A stretch of DNA of 64,000 bases from Podarcis muralis (lineage: Eukaryota), in the NCBI RefSeq assembly GCF_964188315.1, contig NC_135664.1:38626001-38690000 (forward strand), read 5' to 3'. Position 1 is the first letter of the stretch; each line of letters starts with the position of its first letter. This document shows positions 27,211 through 38,795 of this stretch, one piece after another. Under the pieces are notes generated by a model that made no database searches, was not told where the DNA came from, and saw nothing but the letters and a program-made list of their open reading frames with translations. The position numbers and the translations under genes were made by a program.

Positions 27211-28071
27211 CTGCTATGTTTGAATCCTGGGATGACTTGACTATACCTGATTTGATTTGGATCCAGGATTCAGCCGGAGCAGTTGCACAGCTCTAACTGC
27301 ATTCTTCCCTGTGAACTAGCACAATGTTGTGTCATCTGCTGTAGCCTTTGCCCACATGGTGTCCTCCAGATGTTTTGGACGATGACTCCCACCAGCTCCA
27401 GCCAGCATAGCAACGTGCTTCCGTGATGCCACCAATATGCAATCATATCCAATCTGCAAATATCTGTGCTGGGATAGAGGACTGCATTCTAAGAACACAA
27501 AATGTTCTGGTGTAGCCAACCTGTTGTTTCATAAGTGTTGCCGTCAGGAGGGTAGTTTAGAAGAGGAAAGACTTTTCAATCGGTGAAACGTATTAACAGC
27601 AGAGTTAAAATATGTTACTGCAGAGGATAATTCGTTCATGGGTGCTATCTTCCAAATTACCAAGGCATGAAATAAATTTAAGCATTTAAAAAGTATGTTA
27701 ATGAAAGTAATTCCCTATACATCTATTTGCAAAATCTAATGTATACAGCACTATATATCTATGGTATATACGGATCTGCATCCATTTATCTGTCATAGAG
27801 TTTAACTCTTTTCAGAACTGGATACTGTGTTTGAAAAGAGATCATGTAAGCAGGTTCAAGACCTGCTCTCCCCTAAATAAACAAATAAAGTGGTCCATGA
27901 CTTTAGCCATCTTCAGACTTTGAAGTGCTGGATGACAGTCTAATAATCTGGCAGATCCATGTTCTAGATCCAAAGCCATTATCTTGAGGCTTGAGCTGTT
28001 GTTAATTATGGGGTGCATTTAAAATACCATTGTGCAAAATGTTAGTCCAATGGGACATTACATGTGCACTA

Positions 28072-28426
28072 GGTAAAGGGTAAAGGGACCCCTGACCATT
28101 AGGTCCAGTCGTGACCGACTCTGGGGTTGCGGCGCTCATCTCACTTTATTGGCCGAGGGAGCCGGCGTACAGCTTCCGGGTCATGTGGCCAGCGTGACTA
28201 AACTGCTTCTGGCAAACCAGAGCAGCACACGGAAACGCCATTTACCTTCCCGCTGGAGCAGTACCTATTTATCTACTTGCACTTTGACGTAGTTTCAAAC
28301 TGCTAGGTTGGCAGGAGCAGGGACCGAGCAACTGGAGCTCACCCCATTGTGGGGATTTGAACCGCCGACCTTCTGATCGGCAAGTCCTAGGCTCTGTGGT
28401 TTAACCCACAGCACCACCCATGTCCC
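28072..28426 (-). mobile_element. Sauria-type SINE, subfamily B
   Basis: Full length. TSD-like acatgtgcactag / acatatgcactag (28060-28072, 28429-28441). Confidence 0.93.
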
Positions 28427-30452
28427 ACACATATGCACTAGATTCCAGTTAAATATGGTTGGTTCATGATCTGTTATTTCCATTTTTTCACAAAAAATAA
28501 ATAAATACTGAATTAGGGGGGAATGAATAAGTATCCATTTTAATCTAGTGAACAAATGTGTTTAATTTTTGTCAATGTTTGCCCAGACAATTTAACCAAT
28601 GAGTGTTTTTGCTTTACTCATCAAACATACAACCTTGTATGTTCAAGAAATGTCTAGAATGAAATAAAAGTTTCCATTTAAATCATGAGCAGCCTAAGAA
28701 GAAGCATCAATTGCTGCCACATATGCCTCAGTTTTAATTCTCAATCAATACGCCATTAACTAAAATTCTGATGAGCTCGTGTGAGGCAGCCTGTGAATGT
28801 TGTGATTCAGACAAGAACATGATAGACGTATCACTTCAACATCCCTCCCCAAAAAATTGTGTCTGGAGACTGTGGTAAAATAATTCCCTTATTAGACACT
28901 AGGCCTGTCAGTCACAAAACGGAACAGACACACCAGCGTGATCCACCCGCCCTCTAAGGTCTGGCAAGTTCCTTATAGCACAAGCTTGGGGAACATTTTT
29001 TGCAGACACACTGCCTGCAGTTCTGTTTGTTCCTGAAACTCCAGGAGAACCCAGATTTGCTTCTAAGTGATTTTGAAGGAGTCACTCATCTCAGAAATCC
29101 CTCTGAATTAGCCTGATTTGGCTCAGGACTCACTTATCAGCTTGTCTTAGATTTTTAGAGGAGGCTCCAAAAGGGCAAATAAGGACAGGGTGAAAGGGAA
29201 CTTTTATACATCGCACTAGAAGGGTTTCTTTTTGGGCAGAGGGATCCATGTGGCCTTGGAGGGAAATGTTCAGTGTGAAAAGAATGAAAAATCCCTCCAT
29301 CCCTGCTGACTGTCAATTTCTTCCTTCATATGATCACCAACGAAACAATCAATAGTCTGCAAGCTAAAAAGGTCAGTATCAATACTAAAACCCCAGGCCG
29401 TCTTGCTCTGATGGTTTTGACATTTGCTCTAAGTATGTCTAAATGAACCACTCTGCTGAGCAAAACACACCATACATTTAAAGCGTTGTTTCCCCCCAGT
29501 GAATCCTGGGAACTATAGTTTGCCCCTCAATGGCAAATTCCCAACATCCTTAACAAGCTATAGTTCTCAGGGTTCTTTCTTTGGGGGGGGGGGCGTACTT
29601 GAATTGTATGATGAATAGCCTGGGTATGCTGTTCAACCTCAGCCACAAGATATGCCCATGTTTTCTCTCCAGCTGGGTGCATGAACACATATAAACACAC
29701 ATAATGATTAGTTATTTCTTTATTCCATCTCTACACCTTTTTTTTTTTTTTAGAGGCTTCTTTTCCTTGCTCCTTTCTTCCTGTTACAAAATGAACTCCA
29801 TTTATTATGAAGATGTGCTGATAGGCTTGTCTTTTACAACTTGCAATGACTCAGTGCTCTTCCTTAGTAAAGTACTCAGCTATGAATACAACATCTGCAC
29901 CCATAGTAAAATAACCAGTTTGTCCTGCGTCTAAACAAAAACAAAGTACTTCAGAGAGACCTGCCTCCAGCACATAAACAATTTTCATTGTCAATATATT
30001 AAGTGTTATATGAACAAATCTTCTTAGCTCAGACTACTGAATGATAAGTGAACCAGAGAAAGCAGCAGCCTGGCTAAAAGTAGCCAGGTAGCATATTATG
30101 AAAACTACATGGGTTAATCTTGTCAAAGGGCTACAGAATTAAACTGACTATTGATTATTCATGTAATCCTGTATTTGAATTAATGTATAGATTTGAAGAT
30201 GTTTCAATTACAAAAGTGTGGTAATGCATTAAACAACTTAATCACATTAAGCATTATTCTAAAATATAAATATATTTTTTTGCTTGTATATTCTCATTTC
30301 AAAGTTGGCAGAGATCAAATTCATTCATGAAGCACAGATGAGAGAGGGCGAGATGTGTTTACCTTCTGCTTTAAAAAGTTCGATTTATTTCAGTAGGAAA
30401 GTAAAGCATGTGAATAGTAGCTCCTATTGAAATCAATCTACACATATTTATA

Positions 30453-31553
30453 CAGTGGTACCCCGCAAGACGAATGCCTCGCAAGACGGAAAACCCACTA
30501 GACGAAAGGGTTTTCCGTTTTGGAGGCGCTTCGCAAATCGAATTTCCCTATGGGCTTGCTTCGCAAGACGAAAGCCCATAGGGAAATCTCCGGGGACCTC
30601 TTTTAAATGCTAGCGGTGGGGAGCAAAGCCTTTCCCCCCCACTCCAGCCTTCAGAAGAGGTCCAGGAAGGCTGGCGGGGGCTGAAAGGCTTTGCTCCCCA
30701 CCGCCAGCATTTTAAAAGCAGTCCGGGATAGCAGGGAAGCGCTTCCCGCTATCCCGGACGGCTTTTGAAGGCAGGAGAGGTCCGCGAAGCCTGGGCGCGC
30801 TGATCTCAGCGCGCGCAGGCTTCGGCATGCCGGCAACTCTCCGCAAGCAGCGGCAGCGCTGCCGCTGCTTGCGGAGAGGTCCGCGAAGCCTTGGCCGGAC
30901 AGCTTTTGAAGGCAGGCGGGGGGGGGGGGAGCAAAGACTTTCGCCCCCGCCAGCCTTCAGAAGAGGTCCTGGACCTCTTCTGAAGGAGGGCGGGGGGCAA
31001 ATGTCTTTGTCCCCCCTGCCTGCCTTCCCGGGAGAGCGGAGAAACGCAGCGCGTTTCTCCGCTCTCCCGGGAGGGCTTTTAAAGGCAGGCAGGGGGGACA
31101 AAGACTTTCGCCCCCCCGCCAGCCTTCAGAAGAGGTCCAGGACCTCTTCTGAAGGCTGGCGGGGGCGAAAGTCTTTGTCCCCCCTGCCTGCCTTCCCAGG
31201 GGTTTTTAAATCGCCCCGGACAGCGGAGAAGTCCTCCGCTGTCCCGGGGCGATTTTAAAATGCCGCCCGCCAGCATTTTAAGATCGCCCCGGACAGCGGA
31301 GAAGCCCTCCGCTGTCCCGGGTTTTTTTTAAAATGCTGGGGGTGGGAAGAAAAGCCCTTGTCCCCCCCCCCCAGCCTTCAGAAGAGGTCGGGGGACAGAC
31401 TGTCCCCGGACCTGGTCTGAAGTCGGTTTCCCTAGGAACGCATTAATTAATTTTCAATGCATTCCTATGGGAAACCGTGCATCGCAAGACGAAAAACTCG
31501 CAAGAAGAAAAAACTTGCGGAACGAATTAATTTCGTCTTGCGAGGCACCACTG
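30453..31553. mobile_element. 1.1-kb non-autonomous Tc1/mariner (pogo/Tigger-like) element with GC-rich palindrome-array interior
   Basis: TA on both sides. 22-bp TIRs cagtggtaccccgcaagacgaa / ttcgtcttgcgaggcaccactg (2 mismatches). Subterminal CGCAAGACG repeats at 30464, 30480, 30562, 31483 and inverted at 31534. No transposase ORF. Confidence 0.88.
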
Positions 31554-31742
31554 TATTTCAAATAACTGCCTCTGTCCATGGAGGCCTATAAAACAGCCAT
31601 CATGGGAGTAGTCATGTCCAGCTTCATTGGACATCCATACATTCTAGTGTTATGAGAGAGGGAGAACAACTTCCCTCTAAAAACTTTCTCTGTGTCTTAC
31701 AAAATTGTATAAACTCATGCCGCCTCTTATTAACCTTTTCTC

Positions 31743-31931
31743 CCTTTTTTATAATATTTTTTATTAGTTTTCAATTACAACAATCCAACAATAGCCTCAT
31801 TATAACAATGCCAAATTATAATATAATTAATAATACCAATCATTGAGATGCCAAATTATACAATTTAGGTGCCGCCCTGCATACTAGAATTGATGGTTTG
31901 ATGATTTACTTTATTTTTGCTTTCCAAAATC
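31743..31931 (-). mobile_element. Short L1-type retroposed insertion
   Basis: Perfect 17-bp TSD cttattaaccttttctc (31726-31742, 31932-31948). The minus strand ends aataaaaaatattataaaaaa. Confidence 0.85.
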
Positions 31932-32156
31932 CTTATTAACCTTTTCTCTAAATGGAAAAGCCACAGATGCTGTATCCTTCTTCTCATAGGGGAGCTGTTT
32001 CATCCCTTTGGTATTTCTCCTTGATCCTTTCTGAACCCTTTCTAGCTCTACAATATCGGTTTTGAGGTGAGACTATGAATGAAAGCAAGTGCTGATCCTT
32101 ATGCACCAAAAGGACATTACCCATGCCCAAAATACATATATCAGCATGCTCAAATG

Positions 32157-32194
32157 TAATAATAATAATAATGATGATGATGATGATGATGATG
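32157..32194. repeat. Compound (AAT)n(GAT)n microsatellite
   Basis: Directly visible. Confidence 0.9.
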
Positions 32195-33612
32195 TTTAAG
32201 GGGCCAAAAAGTGGTCATAGAATGCTGAAGGCATGTTGTTTAGGGCAGGGAAGATGACTGCAGTATCCTCGAGGAAGTTATGGTGGACTGACTGGGACCT
32301 TGAACATGAACATTCCACACTGTAATAACAAAAAGGCAGGATTCTTTATTTCTTCAACTTCACTTTATTTTCAAAAACACATATAGCGCAACTGTAATTA
32401 CTGCCCATGTACATTTCTATGCAACTGAATGTTAATTAAGTTAAGTTATGAGGCAGTCGTCTAGATAAAAAAGACCTGTTAAATGATCTGTCAGTTACCA
32501 TAAATATTTTAATTTAAACATCTCTCTTTAATCTGGAGACATAGTGATAGAGCTTAAGAAGTTATTTTGTACATGTTACTATAGGAGAATACAGACAACA
32601 ATAAATGATTATTAGTTGAGAGGTTTCAGCCTCTGGCCCTGAACAACTAAAGTTATTTGCACTTAATTCCCATTAGCATTAATGAGGCATGTTAGTCATG
32701 CTGAAGTCAAGTTCTGTTGATTCCAATGGGATTTCAGCCCAGCTAACTTCTATTGGATTGGGGCCTGTGTCTCACCTAAATTGGTACATTGCCACCATCA
32801 CAGCAGTTGAGGATCCTCTGTCACTTTATGAGAACAGATCGTTCATGAAAAGCCTAACACACTAATTTATTTTTTACAAAATTAAGTTGCAGAATAAATC
32901 TCCCCTGTCCCATTCCTGAAAAACTCATTCCCTTGACCCAAAACTCTGTGATGTATATATGACCACTTGGAATACACCAGAGTTGTTGGACAAGGATGAT
33001 TATGTAGAAGTGAGTCCCAGACAAAGTTTACTTTCACATTGTGTGTTAGAAGGGCAGAGTCTAGCGACTTAATCACCACTCAGGCATACTGAAATCAGAA
33101 TGCAAAGTTACATGCCAAGTCTGCAACCTTAAGCATTAGGAGTAAGCCCTGGTAAATTCATTGTTGCATGGCCTATTCGGATAGATGTTTGGTGATAGCT
33201 CAATATCACCATGAAAGCATGGGTTACTCATGTTCCCTTTGATCACTGTTCCCAGTTTTCCAGGTTTTGCACAAAGGCAAGAATTACACATCTCTTGGAT
33301 ATGGGTACAAACAACCTTCTCTTCCTCTTTGACTGAGACCTGGTTGCAGGGGATGAGGAAGAAGAAGTCCTTTATTCCTCCTCTGTTGCTACTTTCATGA
33401 AAAGTACAAATCCGGTATTACCGGATTCCAAACAATGTATTGAGAGACAATGGTTGTGAAGTAGATGCAGATACCCTTCTTCCTACTTTTTTTTTAGTCT
33501 TGTCTCACACTCTTCCCAGAGGAGCACACCTTGGCAATATCTGGTTGCAGGTTAGGTTGTTTATTTGCATAACTTGGCTGCTCCCTATTCTATAATGAAC
33601 AAATACAAAAAC

Positions 33613-33732
33613 TAGGTTTCCTCAACCTCAACCCTCCAGATGTTTTTGGCCTACAATACCCATCATCCCTGACCACTGGTCATGGGAGTTGTAGGCCAAA
33701 AACATCTGGAGGGCTGAGGTTGAGGAAGCCTG
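33613..33732. mobile_element. Palindromic hAT MITE (120 bp)
   Basis: About 50-bp inverted arms; 8-bp TSD acaaaaac/acaaagac. Confidence 0.85.
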
Positions 33733-34199
33733 ACAAAGACTCACAAGAAAGATAGAGAAGGGATGACAATGTTAAATTGGTTGACCCAACCAACAAGAAC
33801 ATTTTAACACATGCCAGAACAACAACAAAAAAGTAGATGTCGGGAGGGAAGAGAAACATCATGGAAGCAGGGTGGGAATCAACTTTTACATTAAATTTGA
33901 ATTAATTTGATGTTAATTTGTTTGAAAAGCAATAAAAAGTAATTGGCAAAAAAATGAGATGTAGAAAAGTATGTATGTAAAAGTTTGTCCTATTTCTTTC
34001 AGTGGGAATGGGGAACTTGTGGCCCTCGAGACATTTTGACTCAAAATACCATTATGCTCAACTGTCAGGGATGGTGGGAGCTGTATACTACATTTCCAGA
34101 GCCACAGGTTCCCTGTCCCTCATTGCAGTATGCACTGAAGAAAGTCCCAATGTCTATCACCCTGCACCTCCCCAAATCAAGAACGTATTAACTCTAAAA

Positions 34200-36036
34200 A
34201 TTGCAAAGAAGTGTGCATGGGAAGTAAAAACCAGCCCTTAAGTGTAGGTGAAATTCACTCAGTCAAAGAAGTCCTCAAAGTTAATTATCACAAATGTGAG
34301 GGCAAGAAGAACTAGCAAACTGCAGCTTGTACAACATGAAAGACCTGAATTTATAAACATAAACTGCAGGAATACATCGGACAACAAATTAATGAGAGAT
34401 ATTAACCTGTTCTTAATATTTGAGATTTGAGAATTACATTGCAAATCGCAAAAAAATAAAAAATAAAATGTTCAGAAGCGTTAATAAATTACTACAAATC
34501 TATGATAGCTGGCCAGTAATTTATGTGTTTCCATTAAGACATGATAGTTTAGAAAGCTCAATATTAAAGCATTTAATATCGTGTCAAACAATGCAGCCAC
34601 ATTTTTTTAAAAAAAGGCAGTCAACCAAAAATTCTAAATGAAAAATCTCTTCATAACATCCTGACCATAGCCTGAAGAATTCAGAAAAAGGTTTTCCTTG
34701 TCAAGCTATTATTATTAGATTTATTAACCAACCTTCACCTTAAGGTTCTGGGGTGGATTACAATAACATAAACAATACAAATTAAAACCAAACCATAATT
34801 TTTAGAAAGGTTTTATCAAGTGTCTTTTTCCAGCCATTTTGAAAACAAACAAACCTCCCAATTAGAATGCAATGAATATAGCTTCTGTTTAGGCATTCTA
34901 AATATTTCTATTTTGTTGTTGTCTAAAAGCAGGCTTCTCACACAGGTGTTCCATCTGGCAGCCATGTACTGTAGCCGACCAGTTTTTTTTTAACAGATGG
35001 CATACATACTGCTTGAAGCCTGGGTCTAACATTTTGACAGGCCTGGTCTAAAATATCAGTTCAGGAGCTAACGAAATTCATTCTTGTCTATGTCTTCATG
35101 CCCAGGACCTTGATATCGGATACATTTTGTTGGACGTTTGCAGTTACAATAAGCAATATACCAAATAAAGGGTCCCAGGTCTTATTTCGTCCTGTGGCAG
35201 TGTAAAACGTATTCATTTACTCTTCAGTTGAATAATATGGAGGAAAGAAGCAGCTGATCTGTAAAATGTGCATCAGCTTTAGAGAGATGGAAGACCAATT
35301 TTTCAGAAGCAAACAATGGGTAGAGGTGCTCATAAGGAACTACTGCAACTCAAAGTTGTGGAAACTCCTAAATATTGTTTTGTGCATAACAAAGTCCCAG
35401 GTATATTGTATATGGAGTTTGTGGTTCATCAAATAATTCCCCTTCCCCCTTCTATGGCTAGGCCTAACCCTACGTTTGTCAGCTTTGCTCTGCACACAGG
35501 GCAGGGAAGATCTTTCAAAGGTTATAACATGTATAATGTGATGTCCACACTGGTCTTTTATATGGTCAAGTGAGCAAGGTTATCATCACCAGAGATGTTA
35601 TAATACATTGGCAGTGGGTTCTATGTAAAATACTGAGAAACAATACTTCACGGAAAACTGGTGTACAAACAGATGATGTACAAATGTATACTGTATAACC
35701 CTTAGGGTAGCTGCTTTTCCTGATTTAGATTAAGATTTCAGTTCATCGCCACCAAAGTCTATTTGGTTTTTATTATTATTAAATGCCTCTGAACTGTCCT
35801 ACAGGAACTTTGCTATTAGGCTGAACGGACTAAATTATTTCTATCAGTAAGTTTAGAACATATGAAAATCAGCTATAATTTTTATTTTTATGACAAGGAG
35901 TTCTCTAACTTGGAAGCTCTTATGCCACCAGAACTTGGCCCCATAAGAAGATACCACTTATCTACCTCATCCTAATGTTTCTCCAGGGCATTATATATTA
36001 CTAATTTGTTCTCAGGAAAGCAAGGACAGTTTTCAG
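34200..36036 (-). other. RASSF9: Probable RASSF9 3' UTR (extent uncertain)
   Basis: AT-rich, repeat-poor sequence directly after the stop codon. Minus-strand AATAAA at 35881-35886 and 34720-34725, ATTAAA at 34572-34577. The true cleavage site cannot be fixed from sequence alone. Confidence 0.4.
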
Positions 36037-37341
<1,305 letters not shown>

Positions 37342-37590
37342 CTATCTCTGAAGCTTTGAACATGATACGTATTTGAGGTGTTTAAACTGTGGGTAGATTT
37401 CAACCTTTTAAAACCATCGTGGAGGGTGGGGGTGAGGAAATTCACAAGTTCAAAGAGGTTATGGCTGTGATCTGCATGCTCATTAAAGCTACTCTTTATA
37501 TTAACATGCGGGAAGTAACTCTATGTAGTTTCACGTTCAATTCTTTATAGCTGTCCATGGTAGCTTGCTAGCTGATACAGAACAATTATG

Positions 37591-37591
<1 letters not shown>

Positions 37592-37631
<40 letters not shown>
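37592..37631. repeat. (AAT)n microsatellite about 290 bp into the RASSF9 intron
   Basis: Directly visible. Confidence 0.95.
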
Positions 37632-37633
<2 letters not shown>

Positions 37634-37689
37634 TATGCAACACTTCCTCCCAAAGGAGCCCAGGAAATCTTACAGAGGAAACTGCAGCC

Positions 37690-38050
37690 ACCTCAGTTTC
37701 TGCTCCCAGACTTTGGAACTCCCTTCCTTGATAAGCTAGACTGGCTCCCTCCTTGCTGTCCTTTCGCCAGCATGTGAAGACGGTTTTATTCTGACAGACT
37801 TTGAGGAACTGACTGGTTATTTTTTTTGAAATAAAAAGCTTTTAATAGTGTGGCACTGTTGCTAGCCGTACTTTAATAGACTTGCTTTTGTATTGTTTAA
37901 ATTTTGTTATAGTTTAATTGCATTTGACTATAATCTTTAGTAGGTTTTTAGCTTTCTGTGTTTTATACGTGTTTGTTTTAATTTTTGTGAGCTGCCTTGA
38001 GTCCTGGTTCTGGGAGAAAGGTAGGAAATACATACATACATACATACATA
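37690..38050 (+). mobile_element. L2 LINE 3' end
   Basis: ctttggaactcccttcc...tttgtgagctgccttgagtcc...gagaaaggtaggaaa followed by a (TACA)n tail. Confidence 0.75.
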
Positions 38051-38678
38051 CAACTACCAGTAGCAAGCAGGGGGAGTGGGGAGGTCACCCTCCCAAGGAA
38101 AACTGCATTTACCCTAGAGTACATGGTACATAATTGGCATTATCCAGACACAAGCCAGGTCTGCTCAGCCTTGCACCCCATGTCCCATGGAGCTCAGTAG
38201 GACTTGCATCTGAGTAGACAAAGTTATTTTCAGTGGAACTTTTTCTAGAGTTCCCCCATTACTCAGAACTGTATTCTGACAGTGAAAGCTTCTGTGGGAA
38301 CTTTGTTGAAATGAAGGCTGGAAATCTTTCAAATAAATAAGTGAATACATTTGAATCCTGATCGGGCATGTACAGTGCATTGACAGCTCTTTGCTGCACT
38401 TCTTAATGCCATCCTCTTAATGCAATGCAGCAGGATGGTGCATATGTGCTGTATGTGCAAGCATACTCGTCTCTGGATTAGTGAGGCCAATATACTCCTC
38501 TCAGGAGTAGTGCTTCAAGGTAACAAGCTTTAATTTATTATAAGGCTGATTATACATCTACAAAGTTTGCTAAGGGTGCTGAGAGTTGCTAGGAGATCCC
38601 TATTTCCACCATAGCTACAGTTCCCAGAATTCTCTGGAAGTGACTGTTAAACAATTCTGATAATCGTAACTTTGTGAT

Positions 38679-38795
38679 TCTCAAGAGAGATTGTCCGCAA
38701 TGAGCATTCTGTACATTGAAAGTGACAGACAGACAAATTTTGATGAAATTGTGGGTGATTTTGCTATGAGGAAGGCTAGGGAGAAAACATTTTAG
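38679..38795 (+). pseudogene. hAT transposase C-terminal (dimerisation-domain) remnant
   Basis: My translation: SQERLSAMSILYIESDRQTNFDEIVGDFAMRKAREKTF*. This matches the hAT C-terminal pattern xQERLxxLxxLxIE...DFDxxIxxFAxxKAR. Below the ORF-track length cutoff. Confidence 0.75.

Noticed and set aside
30712-31276. ORFs of 129, 143, 64 and 65 aa on both strands with repeated SPPPAFRRGPGPLLKAGGG peptides
   Set aside because: By-products of GC-rich palindromes: stop codons are rare and the same peptide appears on both strands. No transposase motifs.
30600-31400. Repeat-spacer appearance suggesting a CRISPR-like array
   Set aside because: Eukaryotic context, no unique spacers, no cas genes; the units are inverted and enclosed by transposon TIRs.
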